From positions 74,276,001 to 74,340,000 of the forward strand of contig NC_042998.1 in NCBI RefSeq assembly GCF_006345805.1: 64,000 bases of DNA. Direction: 5' to 3'. A program made the translations under genes and the position numbers. The notes under the pieces were generated by a model, which did not search any database, was not told where the DNA came from, and saw only the letters and a program-made list of their open reading frames with translations. Shown one piece after another: positions 35,941-50,100 of this stretch (the stretch's first letter is position 1; the number at the start of each line of letters is the position of its first letter). Source of the DNA: Octopus sinensis. Lineage: Eukaryota.

Positions 35941-37279
35941 TGGTACTATTTAAGAGTGGTCCCGGTGCGCGCACGCGCGTGCACGTACGTTCTTGATGTT
36001 CAAAATGTCTCTGGCTTTTCATCTTCCTCTTCCTTTCTACTTCGATGATGATGATGATGTTTACTGTTGAAGGTCACCAACTGTTTTAGCTGTGGATTTC
36101 TGATACTAACGGCGCCAACCACTACTACTATTACAACTACAAACTATTATTACTATCATGGCAATTGTGGCTGACTATATACAACATTGGTTCTGCTATT
36201 CCACTGCTGTTCTTGCTACTGTCTAACTCCTACCATTCTTGTCTTGTATTATCGACTCGCGTTTCACAGTTCAAATCACACCTGGTTATTGTAGTTATAG
36301 ATATGTGGTGAGGTGAGACTGTCTTTTCATGTTGGTTGATGTAGAATATATTTTAATGATATTAAATTCTCAGTGAGAGATTATTGTGGATTAATGAGGA
36401 GAAAACGAGAAAAAAAAATTACCGATTAACACTGTAGAGAAGACAGTCAGGAATGTTGGCAAGATGACTCCATTGAAAATAGTGGAGCTCAGTCATGCCG
36501 CTAACAAGGTTCATTTTTCATACTAAGTCATCCCGGCTGGCAACGAAACAGTTTATAATGTACTGTTTCAATGCATGCCTCAGTAGTAGTAGTAGTAAAC
36601 GGTGTGGTGGGAGAAACATGCTACTACAACAACTAGTAGTATTTTTAAGGATAATCCACCTGACTGTTGCTGTCAAGCATGGTAGAAAATCGATAAGGCT
36701 GGTGGTAGTAATATAACTCTGTTAATAATTCCACTACTAACGTTAGCCGTGTATTTACCCATTTTAATTATCCTGTCCCACAACACACTTCAGTTTGATG
36801 AAGAGCATTTTTAATTCTATGATTCTAAATATTAAAAGATCTATCTATCTATCTATCGAGAGAATGTGGGCGCATGTATGTATACACATGACTATATAGT
36901 CTAACGTGGATGTATAAATACATATTCAATTTAGCTTTTAAACACTCCAAAGGATCTTTAGTCTACTAATGGTTAAATGTGAAACACTCCAGCAGTCTGT
37001 GTTAGTACTTTTTATTTGAATATTAACTGAGGAATTTACTTGTTTTATGTTCTTCTAGAAACTCGAACCAGGAGCATTATTATGCTTTTGATGAGTTTTA
37101 AGTCTGACCTGAAGCATATGATTTACCCTGAAAGTCAGTATTCAAATATAAATATTTAAAATTCACATAACATGTATTGAGCATTTGAATGGAAAAGTGG
37201 TCTCCTTAGATGATGATGGTGATTGTATATATGTACATAAGAGTGTATTTATATTTGTACCAGTACAGGTATGTGTAAC

Positions 37280-37385
37280 ATCGTTTAACGTCCGTTCTCC
37301 ATGCTAGCATGGGTTGGACGGTTCGACCGGGGATCTGGGAAGGCTGCACCAGGCTCCGGTCTTATCTGGCAATGTTTCTACAGCT

Positions 37386-37388
<3 letters not shown>
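37280..37388 (-). mobile_element. RTE LINE 3' end fragment
   Basis: CATCGTTTAACGTCCGTTCTCCATGCTAGCATGGGTTGGACGG. Confidence 0.85.
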
Positions 37389-37425
<37 letters not shown>

Positions 37426-38454
37426 TAGATATGTGCAGATGTTTATGTATACATATGTATGCATACACACATAGATATGCATATATATATATGTGTACAG
37501 AGAGAATAGAGAAAAAGTCTTTCTCAGAGTTGTTGGTTCGAGTCTCACATGCATGACTGTGTGGTTAAGAACTTAGTTTCGTGTTCTTTCTGCTTTGGGG
37601 CACTGCAGACTGAAGTCTTTTATAACATCAAGCTGACCAATGATTTATGAGTGAATACAGGGAAAATGTGAGCAAATTTAGTTTTGCCTTTTCATATGTG
37701 CCAGGGACAAGTTAACATGTTATGGCATAACGGAGTAACACTGTTTGGGTGGCAATGTCATTGTAAAAACAAGCTTCATCTCTTAGAAGTTCGTTGTTTG
37801 AAAGGCCGGGGGTGGGGATGAGTACCTTATTAAGAAAAAGTAGTGGTTGGTGATAGCGTTTCTCTGTAGAATATTGTCTTAAGAAGTCTCATGTTGATCA
37901 TTTCCATGGGAAAAAAAATGCTTGAAAATTGTGTATATGTGGCCATGTGCTTAGAAAACGTGATTCTCAACTATGTGATTATGGATTCAGTCCAACTGTG
38001 TGACATCTTGGGGGAACTGTCTTCTATAACCCTGGGCAGACCAAAACATTGAGTGAATTTAGTAGACAGAGATTGAAAGAATCACATATATGTAATAGAT
38101 GTGTTTGTTTGTGTGTACCAATGTGATGGTTGTAAATAAACATTAGTGTCCTACTAGCAATGTTGTTCATTTCCAGTCTTTGGTAAAGAAAATGAATAAA
38201 AAAAAACATCTCGCCATTGAGAAATATTACTTTGCTTGGAAACAAGGTTAAGGCTGGTAAATGGAAGGGCACCTGGCTCTCAATGCATTTCGTTTGACCC
38301 ATGCTAGCATGGAAAAGTGGACACTAAAATAGTGATGATGTGTATCTCTCTCTCTCTATATATATATTTATATATATATATATATATATATATACATACA
38401 CACACATGTATATGTGTATAGATATACATATATATATATTTACATGTGGATGTG

Positions 38455-39330
38455 ACATCTCTCTCTTGACTTTGCATAGGCCATCAATAAACTGAAGCAT
38501 GGAAGATGCCACGAACTACATTATCTTTATATTGGAAAACTAGAGGAATAGCAACACAACTTTTTAGAAGGTAGTAGACATTTTCAGCCGATAGTGCTCT
38601 CCCTGAGGAGGCATCATTTCTAAGCATTCCTTATGGGAACTGTTATGGGACCACTACCCTTCCAGGTGGCTCCCTCAGATATGCCCTCAGTCACACAGTC
38701 AGCCACTCTTACTAGCTGTGTTTGATGATACACAAGTATCTCTGGCAATCGAAAACTTTGATGATAACTTGAAATTACAGCAAGACCTGGACACAGTATA
38801 CTAGTGGGCTGAAGAAAACATACAGTTCTGTGCTGATAAACTTCAAGTACTTTACTATCAACCTGCAAACAAATTGCAACCAGAATACATAGGACCAAAG
38901 AGTATTGCAACCCCTGGAGTCAGAGTTGGTACATGACTTTAGAATCCATATAAGTAATGATTCGACATTCCATACACACATTACTAGATGGCACCAATTA
39001 GCAGGCAAGTGGCTTGTTGGATTCTGAAATGATTCAGAATAAAGAAAAAAGAAATCATGTTGATCCTATGGCGGAACTTTTGTTCTCAGTTGCCCAACTA
39101 CTCCCGATTATAGTTGTTACATATAAGTCAAACTAATTGGGGATCAAGGCAATCCAATCCTTCTACACCAGGAAGATTGTCTCAGTGCAACAGACAGTCT
39201 CTTTGGAGAACTTTAAAGAACTGAAGCTCTATTTCCTAGAGAGAAAATAGAAAAATAGGCAATGATATCAATATAGACCCTCGGAAGTTTAATATCTAAC
39301 TGGGATTGAAAGCTATACCAGCACCCAAAC
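38455..39330 (+). pseudogene. Decayed CR1/L2-group LINE reverse transcriptase
   Basis: Frameshifted remnants GTVMGPL..DDTQVSLAIENFDDNLKLQQDLDTVY*WAEEN..DKLQVL. Confidence 0.65.
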
Positions 39331-39711
39331 AAGATACTACTGCATAGTATCAAAGGAAATCACTCTAAGTACCCAACACGGTTCAAGTGCACACCATGTT
39401 TCATAATTAAAATACCTCAGATCTATGAGATGATGTGTTCAAAAAACATTGACAAATTTTTATCTGAAATACCAGAGAAAAATATGGCAAAAAATGCAAA
39501 TATGGGTAACTTTGTGCAACTAACTGGTTCACTTCAAGCCTGGAGAGATAGTCAAGAAAGTGAGCTTGAAATATATTAGCTATCATACTAATAGCAGTGC
39601 CCTAGCATGACCATAGTTCCTGGCTGAAACTAGTAAGGTTTATGTATATCTGTATACATACATACACACACTCACTCATATATATACATACACGTATGTG
39701 TGTATATATAC

Positions 39712-40300
39712 ATCATCATCATGAAGTGTCCGTTTTTCATGCTGCTATGTTTTGGATGGATTGACTGGAACTGGTAAGCCAGAGAGTTATACCAAGTTCC
39801 AGTCTAATTTGGTATAGTTTCTATGGCTGGATGCCCTTCCCAATGCCAACCATTTCACAGTGAAGAGAGTACCTTTTACATGTAACCATCACTGGTCATG
39901 ACTACAATTTCACAAGCACAGCAAATCACCAAAAAGCCTCAGTCCCTTGTCATTGCCTCCACGAGACTCAGCATCTGAAGATCAAATTTCACCATCTCAT
40001 TCCACGTCTTCCTGGGTCTACCACTGCCACAGGTTCCCTCCACAACACTTCTTTACACAGCTGTCCTTTTCCATATGCATCACATGGCCATACCAGCACA
40101 TTTATATACAGCCTATATATCATAGCATATTTATATATCTCATCATTTAACATATTTTCCATACTAGCATTCATTGGATGGTTTGACATGGAGTTGGCCA
40201 GCTGGAAGCTGTCTAAACTCCAATTGTCTGTTGTGGCAGCTAAACAGAGAGTTTAAGCAGTGCAGGTGATTTTTATGTGGCACTGACACCTGAAAGGACG
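39712..40300 (-). mobile_element. Two decayed RTE 3' fragments
   Basis: CATCATCAT..CTGGATGCCCTTCCCAATGCCAACC; ACAGGTTCCCTCCACAAC; second tail at ~40140. Confidence 0.7.
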
Positions 40301-40449
40301 AGCATGTATGTGTGGAAGACAGCAATTTTACTTAGCTAGACATGTCTTATATATATATGACATCTTGATACAAAATGTAGCAAAAATCTGTGCTGGCTAC
40401 AATGTCTATAGGATACACACATTTCCATCTGTATATATACATAGGTTTT

Positions 40450-40729
40450 CATGTGTATGTGTGTATATGTATATATGTGTAGACGTGTGTGTATATATAT
40501 ATATATATATCTATATACACACACACATGTATGTGTGTAATATACACGCATGTATACATATGTACATGTGTGTGTTTGTTTATATATATACACATGCATA
40601 TATATGTATGTGTATATACATATGTACACACACATGTATGCATATGTGTGTATGTATATAAGTATATACATGTGTGTATATATATATACACATGTATGCA
40701 TATATGTGTGTATGTAGATAAATATATAC

Positions 40730-40771
<42 letters not shown>

Positions 40772-40885
40772 GTATGTATATATAAACATGGCTTATTTGT
40801 GTAGATGCAAATATGTGCAATGTATATACACACACATATATATATATACATAGATGCACACATATGTAGACATGTGTTCATATGG
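40450..40885. repeat. Compound TA/TG/CA microsatellite
   Basis: Direct reading; source of several spurious ORFs. Confidence 0.95.
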
Positions 40886-41458
40886 TTTAGTGGCAGTGCT
40901 GAATGCAGCAGAAAAAGCTATAAGTTTGTTTTATGCACCCTTTATGTATGTATATCAGTGTTATTGTGTGGTTAAGATGCTTACTCCCCAACCATGTTGT
41001 CTTGAGTTTCATCCCACCATGTGACACCTTGTGCAAAATGTCTTCTATTATAGTCCTACTTTGCTTGACTGAAGTCTTGGGAGTGGACTTTTTATGGCCC
41101 TGTTGGTAAACCTCACCTGTTTCCAAGTAAGGGAATATTTCTTCATGTCTAGACATGTTTTCAAAGAAGATAGGACACGAATGACACTACTCTCATGAGA
41201 GTAACACTTGTTTATGCCTATCACGTGATGTCAAAGCAAGCACACAGTAGCGTGCACATACACATATGATGGGCAGGCACCCTGCTTGAGAAATAATTTG
41301 GTGGTTCAGTGGTGGTGATGGTTTGTGTATGTATTTGTTTAAGAGTATGTATTAATGATGGTGATATACATTTCTATATATGTGTGTGTGTTTTCTCTGT
41401 CTACCTATATATACATACACACACACACTTGTTTAATATGTACGGATATATGTATAGA

Positions 41459-41665
41459 AGGCGGCAAGCTGGCGGAAATGTTAGCACACTGGGCGAAATG
41501 CTTAGCATTATTTCATGTCTTCACGTTTGCAGTTCAAATTCTGCAAGGTCGGCTTCGCCTTTCATCCTTTCAGGGTCAACAAATTAAGTACCAGTTGCAT
41601 ACTGGGATAAATCTAATCGACTGGCCCCCTCCCCACAAATTTCAGGCCTTGTGCCTAGAATAGAA
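41459..41665 (+). mobile_element. SINE family A
   Basis: GGCGGCAAGCTGGCGGAAATGTTAGCAC..GCCTTTCATCCTTTCAGGGTC. Confidence 0.85.
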
Positions 41666-41779
41666 AAGAGTGTGTATATAGAGATACATGGGAAAAAAGA
41701 AATGTATTGACGAGTATGTAGTGTGTGTGTATGCATTGTGTATACACACACACACACGTATGTACTATGTGACTATGTA

Positions 41780-42190
41780 GTTATGAAGTCTGCTTTCCAG
41801 GCATCTGGCTTCAGGTTCAGTTCCACTGCATGGCACATTTGGCAAGTGTCTTTGACTATATTATACCCATGTCTGATTAAAGCCTTGCAAGTAAGTAGAT
41901 TTAGTTGTCTGAAACTGAAAAAAGCCAGTTGTGTGTGTTTGTGTGTTTATATGTTTGTCTCCTTGTCTTCACATCATGTGATAGTTGTAAATGTGTACCA
42001 CTGGCATTCCAGCGGCGTTTGTCATTTCCACTATATTGTTGAAGCATGCTTGGCCATGATGAAATATTACCTTTCTTGGAAGCAGGTGAGGATTGGCAAC
42101 AGGAAGGGTACCTGACCATAGAAAATCTGCTTCCATAAACTTCACACAATCCATGCAAGCTTGGAAAAGTGGATGTTAAAGATGATAATC
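41780..42190 (+). mobile_element. SINE family C, decayed, with an RTE-like 3' end
   Basis: CAGGTTCAGTTCCACTGCATGGCAC..GGCAAGTGTC; end CCATGCAAGCTTGGAAAAGTGGATGTTAAAGATGAT. Confidence 0.65.
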
Positions 42191-42419
42191 TACATATTCA
42201 TGCATACATGTGCATCTGTGCCAGCATGGTCAAAATCTTTACTTTAAACTGATCTAGCTTATGGTTCATTCATATTGCTTGGACACTATCAGCTAGTGTC
42301 TACTAGTTTTGTTATGGGTTGACTTATGGCTTGTGCTAAGCAGAAAGTGGAAGTTGGCGATCATATGCATATGTGCTTTTCTATGCATATATCTGTGTTT
42401 GTTTGTGTGTGTGTGTATT

Positions 42420-42810
42420 CTTTTATTCTATTACTTGTTTCAGTCATTTTGACTCTTGCCATGCTGGAGCACCAACTTTAGTCAAACAAATCACCCCTAG
42501 GACTTATTCCTTGTAAGCCTAGTACTTATTCTATCAGTCTCTTTTGCTGAACTGCTAGATTATGGAGACATAAACACACCAACATCAGTTGTCAAGTGAT
42601 GGTGAGGGGACAAAACAGGCACACAAAACATAGATACACACATATATAAGCACACACTTGACAGGCTTTCAGTTTCTGTCTACCAGATCCACTCACAGGC
42701 TTTGGTTGGCTTGAGGCTATAGAAGCCACTTGCCCAAGGTGTCACATACCGGGACTGAACCCAGAACCATGTGGTTGGAAAGCAAGCTTCTCACCACACA
42801 GCCACTCCAT
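42420..42810 (-). mobile_element. SINE family C
   Basis: Colinear with 5810-6196. Confidence 0.85.
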
Positions 42811-43344
42811 TTAGTGTCTACCTCTCTCTCTCTGTATATATGTATATATATATATGTATGTATGTATGTGTATATATATATAGTGTATTTGTGTATTTAT
42901 CTACATATGTATCTGAATGAATGTGCATACTGCTAGTTTTGACTTGTTTGTTGATTGTAAACAAAAGTTACTGTTCATAGTCTGTCTGTCTTTGTAAACC
43001 TCTGTGAAAACCAGGCTGAGTTGTTTGTTCAATATACGAGGTAGTTTTTTTGGTTAAGACAATGTAATTTTCTTTGCCTTTGCAGATTTGATAACATCAT
43101 AGAACTTATGGGTATTTGTAGGTAGATTTGATTACAATGACTTATTAAAATTAACATCTTTTAGAGATCAAATGTCCTAAGAAGCTATTGTTATCCCCCA
43201 GTACAAATTTACTTTTTAAAATGCTCAGCTCAGAGGAGCTGCTGTAAAATAATATAAATCGCAGTCGGAGTTTCTATCATCAGATATTTGTTCTCCTGTA
43301 ATTCTGGCAAATAAGTGCAATGATTTCTTTTACAATATTGGTTT

Positions 43345-43530
43345 CCAATTTTGGCTTAAGGCCAGCTATTTTGTGGCAGGGAATAAGTTAATTACATCAG
43401 CCCCAGTGTTCAACTGGTACTTATCTTATTGACCAGAAAAGGATGGAAGACAAATTGAGCTCAGAATATAAAGACAGACAAAATGTCACTAAGAGTTTTG
43501 GCCTGTTTGCTAATGATTCTGCTAGCTTGC
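43345..43530 (+). mobile_element. SINE family A, partial body
   Basis: Similar to 11285-11440. Confidence 0.6.
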
Positions 43531-43755
43531 CACCTTGATTTCTTTCGCAATATTAATAGAACCAATATTGTTGTGAAAGATAAAACTTATATTTGCAGTT
43601 GGTGAGACTTATAAAGTGTTCCAGCTGTGACCATCCTATATTTTATTCAGCCAGTAATATCTACACTGTCTTCGATTTCTTTTGTATGATTGTAGAGGAG
43701 AGTTGTCTGCTCTTTCTGCTGTCTGAAGAAGTCTAAACTTACTGATCCAAGTCAT

Positions 43756-43914
43756 TTAATCCTTTTGTTGTCATATTTTGTAAAATGATTTTGCCATTGG
43801 AACATAAATCAGCATGAAATTTTGGTGGAAGATTTTAATTTAGATCACTTTAAAACTGGAAGTTTGTCTCAGAAGTAGGGATTGTCTGAGATGCATTGGT
43901 ATTGAAAGGGTTAA
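43756..43914. mobile_element. piggyBac-like MITE (TTAA target)
   Basis: TTAA-TCCTTT ... AAAGGG-TTAA; similar decayed elements at ~44815-44961 and 57323-57523 (TTTAGCATT / AATGCTAAAGAGTTAA). Confidence 0.55.
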
Positions 43915-44257
43915 AACTGTAGATATGGATGGATTTTTTTGAAAAGACCAGATATGGAGAGTTAAAAAAATTGTTTTCTTCATTGTTTTCTCAACATCCA
44001 CCAGTACTATTATTTTAACTGAGCTCTTACATATTTCAGCTATTCTCTTACCTCAATAAACTACTAAGGTAGCTGTTTAATTTTGGGAACTTTGCAAGAT
44101 TGCTTTGTATTCTGATTGTAATCAAATATTATATCCCTTCTATAAGGTGGTTGGTGTTAGGAAGGGCATCTAGATGTAAAAACCTTGCCAAAACTGACAA
44201 TGAAGCCTGGTGCAGTCTTCTGCCAAATTACCCAATCCATGCCAGCATGGAAAACAG

Positions 44258-44336
44258 TTATTTTTGAAAATTTGTTGCTAAGTAATTGCTAAAGCTTATT
44301 TTTGAAAATTTGTTGCTAAGTAATTGCTAAAGCTTA
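44258..44336 (+). repeat. 38-bp direct tandem duplication
   Basis: TTATTTTTGAAAATTTGTTGCTAAGTAATTGCTAAAGC x2. Confidence 0.92.
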
Positions 44337-46991
44337 ATTAAATTTTTATAAATAGCTGGTCACTTCCCAATGTTTTCTGCCATGAGAAAAGATTCTAATT
44401 CAAATGTTTTAGATGTCATGTAATGCTCTGATTGTGTCTAGGCATTTCAACCAACCGTCATTTTAGACGTCTTTAAGCTATATAATACTTCTGATGTTGA
44501 CAGCATTATTTCCCTCATATCTTGAGTTATCATTCTTAAAATTACACAATTTATAATTTGTAGAAATGGTAGAATATCATTTATTGAAATGGTGTGTTTA
44601 TTTTCCTCTGTAAAGTTCAAAATATTCATGACAAGATTTGATATTATATATTAAATTTCCTCATGAATATGCTTCATCACCATGATTATTTTTATGTCTG
44701 GTTTTCCAGGTTGTGAGAAATTCTGAAGCAGTATTTTACGACTGGATTCTTTTCAAGACACTAATGCTTTTCATCTCTTGTTTCTTACTACATGCAGAAT
44801 ACAATATACCTATTTCAATCTTTTTGTTACCATATTTCTTTTACTGCTGTTATTAATTTTGGAAACAAGGGGGGAATTTAGTAAAATAATTTTGTTGTTA
44901 TTAAGCTGGTATTTGGAGCATACATTAAAACAAAATTTTAGCTTGGTATCAAAAGGGTTAAAAACCCACACAGTATATGGATAGTTACAAAATGTCTGAT
45001 TCACACTTAACCCATCTCATTTGTATTACATTTTGTTCACAATTTGCATGATGGAATTTAATTTTTTTTCATTTATAAAAAAGATGTCATCGTGAAAACC
45101 TTTATTGAATTTTTATTGTTTTGTTAAGTTGTTTCTCTATTTCAAGACCTACTACATCTTTAAATAGCAAGGAAGCCTCTCAACCAGATAGATTCCTCTC
45201 AAACTACACCCAGCTAACTGTCTTATGTTCATGGCTGGAACACCTTTGATAAATAGCTCTGCTGGATCAATATTGACCTAGACGTAAAACAACCAGAACA
45301 ACAACCTGTTATAGTTGTTCCATGTGTTTGGTCTTGTCTTCCTGCCATTAATAGTTGTCAGGAAGGTTTTCAGTTTTGAAAACTACTCCAAGAACACAAG
45401 TATTTCTAACAAAAATGTGTTTCCTCATTTAATTTGATTTTACATCAACATATTATTTGCTCTTTCACTAAGTTTTTAGGAAGTTATTTTTATAAATTTC
45501 TATAAAAATATTGAGCTTCCTACTATAGTAGTTAGTGGTTTTTGAATCAACAGTGAATTTTAGTATGTTGGTTTATAACTAATTTACATAAGATGTTTCT
45601 GAATAAAAGCTTAGATTTGGTATACTTTTGGTAAGTCTAGAATGGATGGCATTACCATCCTATGCATTTTTCCATTATGGTTTTATTAACTTCATGTTCA
45701 ATGATACTACTTTCAGTACTAATTGCTTAAATGCATTGCAGTATTGAACTTGAAGTAATGGTATGTGCCACAAAAATTCTTAATTCCATTTTTGCTTCTT
45801 AGCTGTAAAAAAAAAAAAAAATTCAGAAGAAAAAATCTCAATACTTCCCCCCAAAGGGCAGATATTTTAAAACTATTATTGACTCGCTTAAAAGTTCTCT
45901 CACATACCCACTTTCTCTCTTATCATTACTCCCACTACCACCCTCAACACTATTACTTTTAATAAAAACATCAACTCTCCCTAAATTTCTGTCTCTCTTT
46001 CCCCATCTCTCTCTGTCTTCGCCACCACCTCACCATCTTATGCCTACTATTACTCTCACCCCAGTATGAGCAATAGTAGAAGTGTCAAGGAAAAATGAGA
46101 GAGGGGATCTAAGTGACACACTGATACACACAAATTAGTTTTTGCATTTATATTAGAGTAATCCCTCTAAGTTAATTTTCTATATTTAGCTATGTGCCTT
46201 TCATTATAATGTGGTAGGGCAAATAAAATCAGAACCAGTAATATTGTATGGTTACTTCAATTGACTATTACTGCATTTACCAGCATCAAAAATTCTGACA
46301 CAACACAAACAAGCTTTAGGATTTTTTTTTCTCTAATAAAATGAATACAAAATCTTGTACTGAGCCATTGTATGGTTTACTTGCATTTTTCTTCCCATTT
46401 CATCTTTATGCTGTATTCCGTAGAAAGAAAACATTTGATCTTTTCACCAAAAATCTGGTTTTGGGTTTCATTAAACAAGAAGTTCCTTTGAGATTCTAGC
46501 TATCATTTAACTTGCTACCATTATATAGGCTAATTAGCTATTCAACTCTTGCTGATAGATTCTCTTTTGTTTGTGCTTTTCTTTTTGTTTTTGCCGATCT
46601 ATTGATTATAATCTTGCATCAGTATGATTTCTGTTAGCATCTTGCCAGCATCATAGAAACGGGCAAAAATGTGATTAACTCACAATTCCACTTGTGTTTT
46701 AAATCTAACATTAATATGAATAAATTGCTAACTGATTTCTCTGTTTGTAGTGTCTTTCTCTTTGATTTTATTTATTAATGAATATTGTTCTAAATGGATT
46801 AGACTACTTTAAAGTTTAATTTTATAGAACGCTCTGAATTAAGAATGTAGTGTTAAGTCAGTTAAGATTCAAGTAAATAGTTTATCAAATTAGTACTAAT
46901 ATGAAATCGTTTGTGAGAATATTTTGTCTTTGGTCATCAATTCAGAAATATGGTGCCTATCAATGGTTGGTATATTCTTTGTTTATATTTC

Positions 46992-47116
46992 TTAGCACAT
47001 TTAATGCAACAGAAGAATGTCTAAATTTAGGTTTAGCACATTTAATACAACAGAAGAATGTCTAAATTTAGGTTTAGCACATTTAATGCAACAGAAGAAT
47101 GTCTAAATTTAGGTTT
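46992..47116 (+). repeat. 41-bp minisatellite x3
   Basis: TTAGCACATTTAATGCAACAGAAGAATGTCTAAATTTAGGT x3 with one substitution. Confidence 0.95.
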
Positions 47117-50100
47117 GTATTGTTCTAACATTATGGATGAGATTCTGTTAAGGCATAGATTTTTTTTCTTTGATTCTTGAATTATTTTTTGTTGTTTAAG
47201 ATGTTGCATTATACTTGGAATGGAGCTTAAGGATGTTCCTACTTTCAAAAGTATTGACTGTCTTTATACTGCTTTCTAGATTAAACAGAAGAAATAAGTT
47301 TATAACAATAGTATTGAAATGTGAAATCCCCGTGAAAGAGAACAAATTTGTTTTTATGATTATAATTGAAGGTATAGGACTTGTGTCTGAACACTTTTGA
47401 ATTATTGATGAGAAAATATAATGACTCAGTTGAAATATATGTAAATCTATCAGCACTGTTGAATGATAAAAATTGCAGTTGAGTGTTGTTCCTTTAGAGA
47501 TAAAATTTCAGAAAAACTGATTGATAATGAATCGGGGTTAAAAACTCTATTTAACATGAAGAAAAGTTTTATTGATTACCTTAATGTAAAAGAAAAATTT
47601 ATGGAAAATTTAATTTGGTTGCTATCTTAAGTCTGAAAGCAAGGGAAAAAATGCAATTGCTTGCATTATTTATTGATTTTAGTTTTAAATCAAGAACATG
47701 CAGCTTGGCTTTTTAAGTCTATATAACTGCTGTATCTGATACACAGTTAACTTTAACATTTTTTTCCACATCATTCAACTGTGATAGCTTAATATTTCTG
47801 AAGATGTTTCTTAACATACCTATTTTATTTTGTTGCTTTATTACCTTCCAATATTTTCTTTTTGTTTAAATATTCTCTGATGCTGTTAGAGATTTTTTTT
47901 TTTATTACTATAGATTATTTCATGAAAATGTTCCTAGAAAACTCATATAATTCATAAATCTAAACTGAAATGAGAAAAACCTTTCCATTATTTCTTGGTC
48001 ATTTTCTATGGCAGTGCTTCCCATTTAACTGAGAGTTTCTTGTTCAATCAGTGGCTGAAGCACCTCTATTATCATTATAAAAGCTGAAATAAATTCATGA
48101 GTATGTAATACTGCTATCACCTCAATACTAGATTTTAAGCTTTTCATTCCTCTCTAAAGTTAAATGTTTTATGAATGTCTTTAATTTTATTATTTCCATT
48201 GTTTGTGAAAGTAATAATATATATTTCTGAGTCTGTTTCATTAAAAGAAATATTTTTGAAACCAATCTATGATAATCTGGTTTGAGTTGAAATCGAACCT
48301 GTGTCTATTTTGCATGCTGTAAATACATAGTTTATTATTTTGAAAATCTCAACTGCGTCTATGATATTGTTTGGTGCAAGCTGAAAATTAAATTATACTC
48401 TGTAGATATAAAATATAAGACTTTTCCACTCTGATTACATAGATAATTCATTCTCTTCTCACTAACAAAAAGAAGTAGCCAGGAGACTGTTCATATCTAC
48501 ATAGCTTCATTTACTATCCATCTTTTTAAAGACTTCTTCACTATTTTCTAATAATAAAGTTAGTTAGACTGCAGAAATCAAAAGTACCTGTACTTGAATT
48601 AAATGACTGATTGTTAAAGTTCTGAAGGCAATAATAAGCGAAGTGAAATTAGTTCTGTATTCTTGTTGTACCATTTCATTTTCTTTTAGACTCTTTTGCT
48701 GTTTAGTAATTGGTTTTTGGAACCATTCATAAGTATCTTAATATTATTGTGGTCTTTTGAATGTAGCCTCTCGTTAAACAATGGTCTGTTATCTGTTTCT
48801 TTAGCTATACTCTGAACATTCTGCTTGCCTCTCGACTTATTTTAATTATAAGTTACAGTGAAACAATATTCACTGGCTTCAACATTTTGCTTTTCCACCA
48901 ATTGTTCATTCAGTCAGAGAAGAAAATACGTATTCTACATTGATGTATGTAGTTGTGCTAGACAATGTTAATAGATAACATCAACAGAGCCAGCTTTATT
49001 TTAATGGTACAATATGTGTATTCTTCAAAACATTTTAACATTCATCTTCGAAACTGATAATTATTTATTATTTTGATGCATTTTTGACTGAAAGGTTATT
49101 ATGTATATCAGCATTTAAAGACTGCTTTTGTGTTCTTTCTTAAACTTTTTGAAGTGGTATTTCTTTTGGATTTTCATTGATGGTCTGTTTCTGATGGATT
49201 CAACTGATGTTATAGTTAGGTGTGTCTCCACTCAAATGAATTCTTTGCCACACTTTTATTAAGACTTGTACGTGTTGAAAAGGATAGGGATGATACAATA
49301 GGTGAGACTTAGTCTTCTGGAACATTACTATCTGTTCTAAGAAATAAGGAAAGTAATGAGTAAATGGCATTTTCATTTAATTAAATATTCATATTCTTAA
49401 TATATATATAATCTGGCAACTTCTCTCTGGGGAAGTTAATGGATTAAAAAATATGTAAATAGGTTTAAGTCAAGCTATATTTCACACCTAGTGAACTACT
49501 TCCCTTTTATTGATTTTTACTTCGAGGCTGAGATAGTTGTTATTTCTATCATTGATCACATATTGATTTTTGTTGATCCTGACAAGATCTGAATTTTGAA
49601 AGTCTACTTTACTGCTAACCCCTTGTGTGTATATGCATATGTAACGACTGCATAGATAATAATTTAATTTCACACAAATATTTTTTGCTGTGTTAGTGTT
49701 TTATACATTTTATTAGTGCATATATTTTTTTTTTATCACTCTTCAGAATTATACATTACTGATTCTGATAAATATATTTGTAGGTTGTTTGAAATATGAC
49801 ACATAATTTTGAATACTGATTAATATATTGTAGGTTATTTCAAAATCTATAGCCTTTAAATTAACTCATTAATTTAGAGTACTACATTCTATACAGAATT
49901 CTTGTCTCAATCTTCCATTTTAATCATCTGGAATATTTCTCTGGGTTATATTCAAATGAATTACAAATGAAGAAAGAAAACAACCCTATGGCATATTAAT
50001 CATTGCAGATAAAGGATGCTGAGGTTGCTGGTGCTGCCTTTAGCTGCAAGCCCCCCCCCCCACCAAATTACATGATTTAATCAATTCTTGAGTTGCCTGT

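Noticed and set aside
107-41663. Many ORFs rich in HTHT, YIYI, CVCV, MYVC
   Set aside because: Translations of (CA)n, (TA)n, (TG)n and (TACA)n microsatellites
43086-49300. Additional possible exons at 43086-43111/43121, 44710 onward and ~49263-49300
   Set aside because: Each has only one good splice signal; not supportable without RNA data
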